Positions 1 through 12,148 are shown, numbered from the stretch's first letter. The stretch: DNA of 64,000 bases from Candidatus Pacearchaeota archaeon (GCA_040879765.1 JBBDJQ010000001.1:333-64332); one strand, 5' to 3'. The notes: generated by a model from the sequence alone, not told the origin. Program-made: numbers and translations.

Positions 1-28
1 GACCCGCGTTCGACTCGCGGCAGGTCCA
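1..28 (+). tRNA. 3' part of a tRNA (T-arm and acceptor 3' strand), identity unknown, truncated by the window edge
   Basis: CCGCG-TTCGACT-CGCGG T-arm followed by CAGGTCC-A. Confidence 0.8.
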
Positions 29-91
29 TTTTTCTTGGACAAAAAAATAATCGAAATAAATCAATGGTAAATAAAAGAATGAAAATAGAAA

Positions 92-511
92 ATGAACCAG
101 ACCCGAGCTCAAAGAAAAGTATTAGCAGAGCATATTCGCAAAAACGAAAAAGTAGCAGAGCATGCAGGAATTCTAGAAGTTAAAGTCGAGGGTGAAAACA
201 CAAAACCATTCAGTGTTGAGAGAGTTATTAATGGAGGGATTCGTTATGAAATTTCTCCCAATGGAACTGAATTATCAGGTTATATTTCCGGTATTCTTTT
301 TCCAAATGAAAGTTTAATGAAATATCATGCAAAAATAGAAGCCGAAAAAATGTACCATGTTCCTTGGTACAAATTCACAATGAGACACCCAGAAATTAAT
401 GTTAATTTCAAAGAATCTCCTGGAACAGAAATAGCTCAAAAAAGATATGGTAAATGTAGAGCCGAAGCATTTCAAGAATATGGGAAAAAACAAAATGAAA
501 AATTTAATTGA
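92..511 (+). CDS. hypothetical protein
   Basis: 139-aa ORF downstream of the tRNA; no recognised motif. Confidence 0.6.
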   Translation: MNQTRAQRKVLAEHIRKNEKVAEHAGILEVKVEGENTKPFSVERVINGGIRYEISPNGTELSGYISGILFPNESLMKYHAKIEAEKMYHVPWYKFTMRHPEINVNFKESPGTEIAQKRYGKCRAEAFQEYGKKQNEKFN

Positions 512-842
512 TATAGTTAAAGAAAATACTGGGAATATTGTCGGAACGATAATTGGAGATAAAGCAAGAGTTGTTTATAGAGGTAGCGACGGAAAAAGAC
601 ATATTGAATATAATGATGTTAAAGCTATGAGATCTTCTGGGAGACAGAAAAAACTATATGATTTATGGAGAAATCATGCTGAAATTCTCGAAACGGAATT
701 AATTGAAATTTGGTCTGGAAGAAATATTTACCCTTCGCCATTGCAAACTTTCTTTGATTACAATCAGAAAATTACTGAAGAAAGGTATGGCAAGGAAAAA
801 ATTAGAAAAGGAATTCCTGTCAATAAAGGAGGGATTTGTTAA
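495..842 (+). CDS. hypothetical protein
   Basis: ORF; ATG at 495 overlapping the end of the previous ORF is the likely start. Confidence 0.55.
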   Translation: MKNLIDIVKENTGNIVGTIIGDKARVVYRGSDGKRHIEYNDVKAMRSSGRQKKLYDLWRNHAEILETELIEIWSGRNIYPSPLQTFFDYNQKITEERYGKEKIRKGIPVNKGGIC

Positions 843-1061
843 GCAAGACGTTTACAAGAAAAATTTAAAGAACCTAAATAAATCTCTTTCCAAACAGCAA
901 AAAGGTTTAAAAACACAAATCACGAAGAAAATTCATAAATAAACTAAAGACATCGTTATAAAATCGTAATCGCAAACAATTTCATAAATCATACTCAACA
1001 AATGAGAAATGGTGTGTTAAAATCTTTGGCATATCATGTTGAGAACATCACGTTCAATGAG

Positions 1062-1093
1062 ATAAGTACTAACGGAATATCTTTCAACAAACA
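1062..1093 (+). other. 5' arm of the 23S pre-rRNA processing stem
   Basis: ATAAGTACTAACGGAATAT (1062-1080) is the perfect reverse complement of 3948-3966; an imperfect extension has a bulge-helix-like interruption. Confidence 0.85.
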
Positions 1094-1096
1094 TTC

Positions 1097-3930
<2,834 letters not shown>

Positions 3931-3931
3931 T

Positions 3932-3966
3932 TGTTTGTAGAAACAAAATATTCCGTTAGTACTTAT
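3932..3966 (+). other. 3' arm of the 23S pre-rRNA processing stem
   Basis: complementary to 1062-1093. Confidence 0.85.
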
Positions 3967-4034
3967 TGAGAAAATTGTCAATAGAAAAACCAAGATAGAA
4001 TAATTCTTAAAAAGAAAAGGTTTTCTATTTTTAT

Positions 4035-4346
4035 ATGATTAGAATTAACTTTGAAAAAGGGATTCTTGAAGTTAGGAAAGGAAAATTACAATACCTTGAA
4101 CATGTTTTTGAAGACAATCAATTAAAATTTTCTTTAATAGGTATTGAAGGAATTAGAGCGGTCGGTATAGAAGAGCGTTGGAATCCACAAATTAGTGATT
4201 GCTCTAATAAAGATTTTCAAGAAGCTTATGGAAACATTCCTTACATAAGTGTTGAAGGTTTGAACGGAACAGATTTAACTTATGACGATTCAACAGAAAA
4301 AATTAAAGGTTATGAAATAGAAGGAACTAAGAATTTTAGTTGGTAA
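4035..4346 (+). CDS. hypothetical protein, paralog family A (copy 1, different C-terminus)
   Basis: shares GILEVRKGKLQY...YGNIP with 4641..4991. Confidence 0.7.
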   Translation: MIRINFEKGILEVRKGKLQYLEHVFEDNQLKFSLIGIEGIRAVGIEERWNPQISDCSNKDFQEAYGNIPYISVEGLNGTDLTYDDSTEKIKGYEIEGTKNFSW

Positions 4347-4842
4347 ATTAATTTAAAAAATTTTTATTAATATTAAAAATTTATTCCGCGTCTTTTAGTC
4401 TGGGATTAACTTTTTCTTTTGTTATAACTTTCCCAGTATTTTTATCACATCTTGCACAGAAATATGCTTTTTCATCTTCTGGCAAATTCGAACCCTTTTC
4501 AAAAATCTCTTTGCATTTCTTACATCTTACATTAATCATTTCTGCCATCTTTTTCATAGTAAATCAGATTACTTAATATTTTTGCTTCTTATAAAATCAA
4601 TCACAATAATTCTTAAGAAATGAAATTATTCTAATCTTACATGGATGAATTTAGAGATGGAATCTTAGAAGTAAGAAAAGGAAAATTACAATACCTTGAA
4701 CATGTTTTTGAAGACAATCAATTAAAATTTTCTTTAATAGGTATTGAAGGAATTAGAGCGGTCGGTATAGAAGAGCGTTGGAATCCACAAATTAGTGATT
4801 GCTCTAATAAAGATTTTCAAGAAGCTTATGGAAACATTCCTT
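4077..4842 (+). repeat. 166-bp exact direct repeat (4077-4242 = 4677-4842)
   Basis: base-for-base identity, 600-bp period. Confidence 0.95.
4381..4557 (-). CDS. small zinc-ribbon protein (58 aa, not in ORF track)
   Basis: MKKMAEMINVRCKKCKEIFEKGSNLPEDEKAYFCARCDKNTGK...; two CxxC pairs. Confidence 0.65.
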   Translation of the reverse strand: MKKMAEMINVRCKKCKEIFEKGSNLPEDEKAYFCARCDKNTGKVITKEKVNPRLKDAE

Positions 4843-4998
4843 CTAATCTTTTAAACAAAAAAGTTAGATTATATCAAGTAAGAAGAGGTAATGATTTATT
4901 TCAAATTTTAAAACAAGATAAAATTTTTGGGAGAGATAAAGAAATTTTTTCTGTAAGACAAAAAGATTATTTTTCAAATCAATCACAATAATTCTTAA
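4594..4998 (+). promoter_or_regulatory. repeated 23-bp promoter-like box AAATCAATCACAATAATTCTTAA (4594-4616, 4976-4998)
   Basis: each copy ends 25 nt before an ATG (4641, 5023); shorter versions at 3999-4010 and 10094-10106 have the same spacing. Confidence 0.7.
4641..4991 (+). CDS. hypothetical protein, paralog family A (copy 2)
   Basis: homologous along its length to 5023..5367. Confidence 0.75.
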   Translation: MDEFRDGILEVRKGKLQYLEHVFEDNQLKFSLIGIEGIRAVGIEERWNPQISDCSNKDFQEAYGNIPSNLLNKKVRLYQVRRGNDLFQILKQDKIFGRDKEIFSVRQKDYFSNQSQ

Positions 4999-5022
4999 AA
5001 ACGAAAATTTACCTTAGAAATT

Positions 5023-5367
5023 ATGTATGAATCTAAATTTGAAGATGGGACTATTGAGATTAGAGAAGGTAAATTAAGAGTTATTAGTTCTCATTTTGAG
5101 GATGGAAAATTTGCATATACGAATATGGGAATTGAGGGAACTGTCAGAATAGGTCAATCTTTGCAAGGATTCCCTGCAGATGAAAAAGAATCCCTTTCTG
5201 GAGAAACCCAAGAATTTTATGGAGCGGTTCCTTTAGAATTATACGGTGAAAGGATCAGGCTAGTTCAAGGAAGGTTCGGAAAGGGTTTAACGCAAGTTTT
5301 GTCTGGATTAAATAATCCCAACAAATTTAGAATATCCACAATGCAAGTAAATTACTTCTCAGATTAA
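5023..5367 (+). CDS. hypothetical protein, paralog family A (copy 3, diverged)
   Basis: FEDGTIEIREGKL...GIEG...QEFYGAVP aligns with copies 1 and 2. Confidence 0.75.
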   Translation: MYESKFEDGTIEIREGKLRVISSHFEDGKFAYTNMGIEGTVRIGQSLQGFPADEKESLSGETQEFYGAVPLELYGERIRLVQGRFGKGLTQVLSGLNNPNKFRISTMQVNYFSD

Positions 5368-5411
5368 TTTTCTAAAAGTTTTATAAGATCATTAATCTTT
5401 ATTCTTTGAAT

Positions 5412-5627
5412 ATGGCATTCAATATTGAAGCATTAATTTGGTATTTGCTTTTAATTGATAGTGTATTTGCGAATATATTTTCATGGTGCTGTTCCGTTAG
5501 TTACAAAAAGAAATTCAAAAAACTTACAAAAATTTTTCCAGCATCCAAAGGGTGGGCTTTACTCTATTTAGTATTAGTTCTATGGGTTGGAAGCGCATTG
5601 TGGAGACTGGGAATTCTTGGCTTTTAG
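5412..5627 (+). CDS. small two-TM membrane protein
   Basis: two hydrophobic segments; ATG at 5412. Confidence 0.7.
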   Translation: MAFNIEALIWYLLLIDSVFANIFSWCCSVSYKKKFKKLTKIFPASKGWALLYLVLVLWVGSALWRLGILGF

Positions 5628-5719
5628 TAAACTTTAAATACCTCTCTGAAGACTTATTTTTACTGTTAGAATGGTAGAAACTATTTCTAAGAGATATAAG
5701 TGTAAGGAGGAATTTAAGA

Positions 5720-6016
5720 ATGAAAGTATATGTAGGGAATTTGCCCTTTAGTGTTGATAGCGAAAAGTTGAAAGAGCTTTTTGGAAGCTATGGAGAAATC
5801 GAAGAAGCGACAGTTATAGTTGATAAGTTTTCCCAAAGATCCAAAGGTTTCGGTTTTGTAACTTTTAAGGAAGATGACAGTGCTAAAAAGGCAATTGAAG
5901 AAATGAACGACAAGGATATCGAAGGTCGAAAACTTAAGGTTAATGAAGCTAAGCCTTTTGACCCAGATGCTCCAAGAAAACCTAGAAGCAATTTCGGTGG
6001 TCCAAGAAGATTCTAG
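5720..6016 (+). CDS. RRM RNA-binding protein
   Basis: RNP2 VYVGNL and RNP1 KGFGFVTF; GGAGG SD upstream. Confidence 0.95.
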   Translation: MKVYVGNLPFSVDSEKLKELFGSYGEIEEATVIVDKFSQRSKGFGFVTFKEDDSAKKAIEEMNDKDIEGRKLKVNEAKPFDPDAPRKPRSNFGGPRRF

Positions 6017-6032
6017 TATTTAATAGAATCTA

Positions 6033-6058
6033 ATTTTATTTTTTATTTTTTATTTTAT
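6033..6058 (+). terminator. oligo-T archaeal terminator candidate
   Basis: T-rich tract just after the RRM stop codon. Confidence 0.5.
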
Positions 6059-6207
6059 TATGGGATTTTTAAAAGAGGTTATTTGCAAAACCTTTTTGCA
6101 ATTTAAGATTCATTCTAATTCACTTCTGGGAAGTATGGAACCTTTTGTTACCACTAGTAAATTATATCAATAGAAAAATTTATAAACTGCAAATTAATAG
6201 AATTTAC

Positions 6208-6666
6208 ATGGAAAAAACAGATAATGATTTTAAGGAAAGGAAATTAAGTAACTTAGTTGGAAGAATTAATAAATTTGGTAATGGAAATAGGGCGAGACAT
6301 TTAGTTCGTGTTCTAAATAAAGCATATGATTCTGGAAATCTTAATATTGATGTTTTAAGAAAAGATTCATTTGAAGGAATAGGCGCCTCTTTAAGTGGAA
6401 TCTCTCATACAATAGACTATTTAAATTCTGAGGATAAAGAAAGTTTTACTTTTGACCAGGATTCTGGAGGTTGGGGACTTTATGAAAAATTGACTTCTGG
6501 AATTCACTCTGGTGATTCTGCTTTGCATTTTGCAATAATTGGTGGAGATGCAGAGGTTAGTGGAGAAGACTCAGGATGGTATGGAATCTTTAAGGATAAG
6601 GCTCAGGCTAGTGGAGTAGGTTCGGGATGGAATGGAATCTTTAAGGATAAATCTAAGAGAATCTAA
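6208..6666 (+). CDS. hypothetical protein ending in 17-aa Gly/Ser repeats
   Basis: SGEDSGWYGIFKDKAQA / SGVGSGWNGIFKDKSKR; ATG at 6208 follows a TATA box. Confidence 0.65.
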   Translation: MEKTDNDFKERKLSNLVGRINKFGNGNRARHLVRVLNKAYDSGNLNIDVLRKDSFEGIGASLSGISHTIDYLNSEDKESFTFDQDSGGWGLYEKLTSGIHSGDSALHFAIIGGDAEVSGEDSGWYGIFKDKAQASGVGSGWNGIFKDKSKRI

Positions 6667-6712
6667 TTAATTAAATAAAAAAACTTAAAACCTCCCTCCT
6701 TCTATCGTAATT

Positions 6713-7172
6713 ATAGATAAGAAGAATCAATATATTTTAATTGGAATTTTAATTCTCATTGTTCTTCCGGTGGTTTGGTACCTTTCATCTCCGCTGTTTA
6801 TTGACAAGGTTGTTGATAAAGCAATCCTAAGTCTGAAATAGAAAATCAAGCGTTTAAATTCCCACAGAATATTTAGGAAACTTCATGAATGCTGATGCAG
6901 TTCACAAAGTTTCAGGAGAAGCGAAGGTAATTTCGCAAGACAATAAAAAATATTTGAGATTTGAAAATTTCCAATCGACAAATGGTCCTGACCTTTATGT
7001 TTATCTTTCAACAGACGAAGGAGCGGGCGATTTTGTTAATCTTGGAGAATTAAAAGGGAATTTTGAAAATCAGAATTATGAACTTCCAAAAGAGATAGGT
7101 TTAGAAAAATACGAGAACGTTTTAATTTGGTGTCAAGCGTTTAGCGTTTTATTTGGAAGCGCGGAAATATAA
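6713..7172 (+). pseudogene. DM13-domain membrane-anchored protein, N-terminus disrupted
   Basis: DM13-like motifs (NGPDLYVYLS, GELKGN, IWCQAFSVLFGSA) in 6885-7172; the anchor ...VVWYLSSPLFIDK starts at ATA 6713 in another frame, with stops in between. Confidence 0.7.
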
Positions 7173-7205
7173 AAGATTTAAAAGCCCGAATCACCTAAAC
7201 AGGCT

Positions 7206-7397
7206 ATGAAAGGTGATAAATGTTATTTGTGGATTTTTGTTGCAATAACTTCCATTGTTGCAGTTCTGCATTTAGTTAGAGCCATTTTAGGATGGAGCGT
7301 AACAATCCATAATTTTGCTGTTCCTGTTTGGTTCTCTTATGTTGTTTTTGTGGTTATTGGTTTCTTGAGTTACAAGCTATATAATCACATCAGATAA
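7206..7397 (+). CDS. small two-TM membrane protein
   Basis: hydrophobic LHLVRAILGW...PVWFSY pattern. Confidence 0.7.
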   Translation: MKGDKCYLWIFVAITSIVAVLHLVRAILGWSVTIHNFAVPVWFSYVVFVVIGFLSYKLYNHIR

Positions 7398-7798
7398 TGA
7401 AAAATTCTGAAGAATATTGGAGGAAAAAACTTTCTCCCGAACAATACCATGTTTTAAGAGAAAGAGGAACCGAGGCTCCTGGAACTGGAAAATTCTTACA
7501 CAATAAAAAAACAGGGATTTATGCTTGTGGAGCTTGCGGAAATGCGCTTTTTGATTCTAAAACAAAATTTGATTCTGAAACTGGTTGGCCTAGTTTTTAC
7601 GATGCCTTGTCTAAATCAGGAAAGTCTAGTGTTAAACTAAAAAAAGATTTTTCCATGATTCTTCCAAGGACTGAAGTGCTTTGTGCCAAATGTGGAAGTC
7701 ATCTTGGGCATATTTTTTCAGATGGTCCAAAAGAAAAAACTGGAAAAAGATATTGCATGAATTCAATTGCTTTAGATTTTAAAGAAAAGAAAAAATGA
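7397..7798 (+). CDS. msrB: peptide-methionine (R)-S-oxide reductase
   Basis: GTE, GWPSF, HLGHIF.DGP, RYCMNS; two CxxC. Confidence 0.97.
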   Translation: MKNSEEYWRKKLSPEQYHVLRERGTEAPGTGKFLHNKKTGIYACGACGNALFDSKTKFDSETGWPSFYDALSKSGKSSVKLKKDFSMILPRTEVLCAKCGSHLGHIFSDGPKEKTGKRYCMNSIALDFKEKKK

Positions 7799-8283
7799 AA
7801 ACAGAAAAAGCTACATTTGCATTAGGATGTTTCTGGAAGCCTGACAAAGTTTTTTCAAAAACCCCTGGAGTTGTAGAAACCACTGTCGGCTATATAGGGG
7901 GAAAAGTAGAAAGGCCATTTTATGAAAATGTTTATTCTGGAAATACTGGACATGTGGAATCAATTCAAATAGAATTTAATCCAAAAAAAATATCTTATGA
8001 AAAACTTTTAAATATTTTTTGGAGAATTCACAACCCAACAACAAAAAATAGGCAAGGTTTGGATGTTGGAACGCAATATAATTCTGTAATTTTTTACCAC
8101 AACAATAAACAAAAAGAAGAAGCAAAAAATTCTAAGAATGAAATACAAAAAAATTACAAGGAGAAAATTATTACTGAAATAAAAAAAGCTCCAAAGTTTT
8201 GGAAGGCTGAAAGGTATCACCAAAAATATTTTGAAAAGAAAAAAGAAAAACCTTTGCTTGAAAGATTTTTTGGCTTCCGTTGA
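7795..8283 (+). CDS. msrA: peptide-methionine (S)-S-oxide reductase
   Basis: GCFW, TGHVE, RQG.DVGTQY, AE.YHQKY. Confidence 0.96.
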   Translation: MKTEKATFALGCFWKPDKVFSKTPGVVETTVGYIGGKVERPFYENVYSGNTGHVESIQIEFNPKKISYEKLLNIFWRIHNPTTKNRQGLDVGTQYNSVIFYHNNKQKEEAKNSKNEIQKNYKEKIITEIKKAPKFWKAERYHQKYFEKKKEKPLLERFFGFR

Positions 8284-8334
8284 TAAGATTTTTAAACAAA
8301 AGAAATTTGATAATTAAAAGGAGGTAAAAAAATT

Positions 8335-8724
8335 ATGACATTCACACCCGTAGAGATTATTGCTCTTGTAATGATAATTGGTGCTGCAATAAAGATTTTG
8401 ATGCTTTTGATTAATCCTAAGACTTGGATGAATTTTACTAAAGATTTTTATTCAAATCCCGGGTTGGTTAGTTTTGGCTCTTTGATTTTAGCAGCCGTTG
8501 TTTTATACTATTTGTTGATGGAATTAACAATAGTTCAAATAGTTGCTACGACAAGTTTTGTTGCTTTATTAGTAATAGTTGGTATGGCTAGGTACATTCC
8601 AGACATAATGAAGAAGTTCGAAGACCAAATTAAGAAAGGAAATCTTTGGAAAGAAAACTTGCTTTACACAGTAATTTGGGTACTATTGTTAGTATGGGCG
8701 GCAAAAGAAATCTTTATGGTTTAA
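8335..8724 (+). CDS. membrane protein
   Basis: about four TM segments; GGAGGT SD. Confidence 0.75.
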   Translation: MTFTPVEIIALVMIIGAAIKILMLLINPKTWMNFTKDFYSNPGLVSFGSLILAAVVLYYLLMELTIVQIVATTSFVALLVIVGMARYIPDIMKKFEDQIKKGNLWKENLLYTVIWVLLLVWAAKEIFMV

Positions 8725-8889
8725 AACCAACCTTTATTTTTTATTTTTCTTAACATTTTTAAATAATTCTTTTTGATTCCAAACCATTAAAGCAACTGCC
8801 CCAATGATGAAAAGCCAGTCAACCAAGAAAGACAAGGCTAAAAAAATTAATGCCAAGAAGGATAAGAAAACAACTTTAGGATTTTTCAT

Positions 8890-9483
8890 TTATAAAACTC
8901 CTGATAAAATCATTGCGGAAACTATAAGCAATCCTATGAATGTGATTTCTTTTTTATATTGGAATTTGGAGACTTTCTCAGAGAAATAAATTATTATTCC
9001 AACTTCAACAAAGGTCATTGCAAAAATTCCTAAAATTGCATAAAATGTCGATATTGTAGTTCCAAGGAAAAGTGAAGAATAAGCTACAATATCATCAATT
9101 AAAGTCATGAATACAATTAAGAAACTTATCAATAATGGTTTTAATGATACATGTATTGGAAACTTGCTTATTTTTTTAGCGTGACTTTTTACTTTTTTCT
9201 TTGGCTCTTTCCCATCAAACCATTCAAAATAAATTGATAAAGCAATAAAGATAATTGCCCCTGCAAGAATTTCCCTGTGATTGGGAATTCCTTTTATGAA
9301 AGATGCTAGAACAAAGGAAAATAGAATTGCGAGCGTTATTGCTAAAATAACTCCAATTGAGAAAGCTATTCTACCAAACTTTGTATCAGAAGCATTTGCA
9401 GCAACTGGGACATGGATCATGACATCATCAAATGCCGTCACCGCTTTAATGAAAACTCCTGAAATGAAAGGTTTCCAAAACAT
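8890..9483 (-). CDS. multi-pass transporter, CadD/LysE-like
   Basis: duplicated DD motifs (TAFDD, TLIDD) in two 3-TM halves. Confidence 0.55.
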   Translation of the reverse strand: MFWKPFISGVFIKAVTAFDDVMIHVPVAANASDTKFGRIAFSIGVILAITLAILFSFVLASFIKGIPNHREILAGAIIFIALSIYFEWFDGKEPKKKVKSHAKKISKFPIHVSLKPLLISFLIVFMTLIDDIVAYSSLFLGTTISTFYAILGIFAMTFVEVGIIIYFSEKVSKFQYKKEITFIGLLIVSAMILSGVL

Positions 9484-9531
9484 AGAGTATTGAATGAAAA
9501 AGTTTTTAAAAAGCTACTTATTTGATTTATT

Positions 9532-10071
9532 ATGTTAGAAGGAAAAAAGGTTCCAGATGTTGTATTCAAGACAAGAGTTAGAGATGAATCTCTGGGCGGA
9601 GAAAACCCTTTCAAATGGCAAGATGTTAGCTCCAATGAAGTATTCAAAGGAAAGAGGATTGTGGTTTTTGCTTTGCCAGGAGCCTTTACACCTACATGTT
9701 CTTCAACACATTTGCCAGGTTATGAAAAGTTTTACGATGAAATAAAATCTCAAGGAATTGATGAAGTTTATTGTCTTTCTGTTAATGATGCATTTGTTAT
9801 GTATCAATGGGGAAAACACCAAGGAGCTGAAAAAATTAAGCTTCTTCCTGACGGAAATTGTGATTTTACAAAAGGGATAGGAATGCTTGTTAAGAAAGAA
9901 AATCTTGGATTTGGTCCAAGGTCTTGGAGATATTCAATGGTTGTTAACGATGGGATTGTGGAAAAAGCATTCATTGAAGAAGGATTTGGGAATAACTGTC
10001 CAACAGACCCTTTCGAAGTTTCCGATGCTGAGACAATGTTGAATTATTTGAGAGAGAATTCTGGGAAATAA
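9532..10071 (+). CDS. peroxiredoxin (Prx5-like)
   Basis: PGAFTPTCS...H.PG, SVND.FVM..W, RSWRYSM. Confidence 0.95.
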   Translation: MLEGKKVPDVVFKTRVRDESLGGENPFKWQDVSSNEVFKGKRIVVFALPGAFTPTCSSTHLPGYEKFYDEIKSQGIDEVYCLSVNDAFVMYQWGKHQGAEKIKLLPDGNCDFTKGIGMLVKKENLGFGPRSWRYSMVVNDGIVEKAFIEEGFGNNCPTDPFEVSDAETMLNYLRENSGK

Positions 10072-10131
10072 GAAAAGAGTAAATAATTGAGTGCAATAAT
10101 TCTTAAGAAATTTTTGAACTTCTTTCTAAGT

Positions 10132-10410
10132 ATGGAAGAAACAACATTTAGAAAATTAAATATTGAAGAAGTTAAAAACCTTCCAGTTCCTTTAGAAGAA
10201 AAGGTCACAGATGGCATCGTCTTGCTCCAAGAGGGATAGATCTAGCAATTTCAATGGTTAATTTAAAACACTCTGAAGATATGAGAGTACTAACAATTGC
10301 TATCTTTGATTTAACAGTGCTAAATATTTTTGCAGGAATAATTTTTGACTATCTTCTATCGTTTAGCAAAATCCTTTCCATAACGCTTTTAAATCCAAAA
10401 AATCTCTAAT
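10132..10410 (+). pseudogene. probable gene remnant (35-aa ORF plus an out-of-frame hydrophobic fragment)
   Basis: promoter box and ATG at 10132, early TAG, further fragment MVNLKHSEDMRVLTIAIF... Confidence 0.35.
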
Positions 10411-10414
10411 TTTC

Positions 10415-10730
10415 GTAAGTTGGGTAGTTAACTTCGGAACTTAGCTTTTAGATAAGCAAGAAGTCAGAAAATATGATTTCTAGTTCTGTGGAAGGTCCGC
10501 CCACCACAAAAGGTTATTCGCGAAAGCGTATTGTCGTGAGGCAAGGCTCTGTTACAGAAACGCCACAGCCTTTACTGAACTATGAAACATGCGTGGAGTT
10601 AAGATGTAAGGGATTTGATGAAACGATCATCCTGACCGGTGCAAGGCTATAAGCCGCTTAGTGGAATGTTAACAATTTCCGTTCGTCAAAGAAACGAGGA
10701 AATACAGAAGGTGGCCTATTCCCAACTTAC
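10415..10730 (+). ncRNA. rnpB: RNase P RNA (archaeal, compact)
   Basis: P1 GTAAGTTGGG/CCCAACTTAC; GGAAGGTCCGCCCACC; ACAGAAAC; TGAAAC; GGTGCAAG; ACAGAAGGTGGCCTAT. Confidence 0.92.
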
Positions 10731-10767
10731 AAACTTTTAAAAAACAGTTAGTTCTTTTTTCAAGTAA

Positions 10768-10839
10768 GGGAATATAGCTCAGCGGGAGAGCACATGACTG
10801 AAGCTCATGGTGTCCGAGGTTCGACTCCTCGTATTCCCA
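10768..10839 (+). tRNA. tRNA-Phe(GAA)
   Basis: cloverleaf GGGAATA...CATGA-CTGAAGC-TCATG...TTCGACT...TATTCCC-A. Confidence 0.96.
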
Positions 10840-10916
10840 TTGCGATTAGCCATACGCTTCGGCAAATTGTGCTAAAGCGAAATTGATTTCCTTTGCGATT
10901 AGCCATACGCTTCGGC
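10840..10916 (+). repeat. 24-bp direct repeat TTGCGATTAGCCATACGCTTCGGC x2 (10840-10863, 10893-10916)
   Basis: exact copies; degenerate copies at 16675, 33717 and 43340. Confidence 0.9.
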
Positions 10917-10946
10917 GGGAAATAGGTGATTAACCCAATCCTAAAA

Positions 10947-11756
10947 CTAGATTAAAGAAACTAATCCTGCAAGAATTGTCAAAATACCAAAACAAATTGC
11001 AAAGAATCCAAACTTAACTTTTCTTGAAAAATTCATAAGCAATTGAATTGTCACCAATCCAAAAAAGAAAGCGAAAATAAATCCAAAAAACATTTCTTTA
11101 ACGAAAACTATATCTGAAAGATTTAAAATTACATTTCCAATTAACACAATTGGGAGAGACATTATGAAACTTAATTTTAATGCAACGGTTTCATCAAAAT
11201 TTCTAAATAAAAAACCTGAAATAGTTAAACCTGACCTTGAAAGCCCAGGAAGAGCAGCAAACCCTTGCATCAATCCAAGAATTACTCCATCTTTATTATC
11301 TAAATGTAAAATTTTTCTATAACCTGCAGAACTTGTCTTTAATTGTAAGGAACCTGTAATTAATAAAAGAAAACCAACAATGAAATTAATGGTTGCATTT
11401 GTTAAGGGAATTTTTGTTATAGCAACTAATTCAAAAAAGTTCAAAATTGCCAGCCCAATGATCCCACTAATTAAGGTTGCTATGAAAAGGAATTTCAAAG
11501 TTTTTTTAGTTTCAGTATCTGCAGATTTGTAATTCCAAAGCCCCTTAGCCAAATCTCTGACTTCTTTTCTAAAATAAACCAAAGCTGAGAGAAAAGTTCC
11601 TAAATGCAAAAATAGGGCTTGACGAATAAATAAATTTAAATCCGTGCCTCCAAAAAAATTAGAATTTACAAGAAACAAAGCCCCTTCAGAACTTATAGGC
11701 AACCACTCTAAAACTCCTTGTAAAATTCCTAAGATTATTTGTTGAAATAATTCCAT
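10947..11756 (-). CDS. uppP: undecaprenyl-diphosphate phosphatase (BacA/UppP)
   Basis: QGVLEWLPISSEG, LHLGT, PGLSRSG.TI. Confidence 0.93.
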   Translation of the reverse strand: MELFQQIILGILQGVLEWLPISSEGALFLVNSNFFGGTDLNLFIRQALFLHLGTFLSALVYFRKEVRDLAKGLWNYKSADTETKKTLKFLFIATLISGIIGLAILNFFELVAITKIPLTNATINFIVGFLLLITGSLQLKTSSAGYRKILHLDNKDGVILGLMQGFAALPGLSRSGLTISGFLFRNFDETVALKLSFIMSLPIVLIGNVILNLSDIVFVKEMFFGFIFAFFFGLVTIQLLMNFSRKVKFGFFAICFGILTILAGLVSLI

Positions 11757-11839
11757 TCAATTAATACAATGTATCTAATTAAAAGTCTTTTGAATTAGAA
11801 ATATTTATAAAAGAAAACTGTTTAGCAAGAGTAAATCAA

Positions 11840-12139
11840 ATGAAAAAAGAAAAGAGGGCTAAAAAGAGTTTTGTTTGGAATGGTTTAAGAGTGGGTTTTT
11901 GGGTTATGATTGCTTCATTCTTCACAGGGTTCTTATTTGAAAATCAATCTATCTCAGTGTCAGCAGCCACAGTTACCCTTCTTTGGATTATTTCCAGTTT
12001 TTTTACATTTGTTGTTTCAATAATACATTTAACAAAATATAAAGAAAAGCCTTTTGCCATTACTGCTTTAACAATTTCATCTATAATGATTTTGTTTTTC
12101 TTTTTGAGCATAATCGTGGCTTTATCTAAATTAGATTAA
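11840..12139 (+). CDS. membrane protein
   Basis: three hydrophobic segments. Confidence 0.65.
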   Translation: MKKEKRAKKSFVWNGLRVGFWVMIASFFTGFLFENQSISVSAATVTLLWIISSFFTFVVSIIHLTKYKEKPFAITALTISSIMILFFFLSIIVALSKLD

Positions 12140-12148
12140 TCTTGCAAA

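Noticed and set aside
703-942. 79-aa Lys-rich ORF
   Set aside because: Largely overlaps 495..842 in another frame, has a non-ATG start and no motif.
29-1000. tRNA-targeted integrated element after the first tRNA
   Set aside because: No integrase and no duplicated tRNA 3' end found; only two hypothetical genes.
10840-10916. Mini-CRISPR (24-bp repeat, 29-bp spacer)
   Set aside because: Only two repeats, no cas genes or leader, and single decayed copies occur elsewhere; treated as a dispersed element instead.
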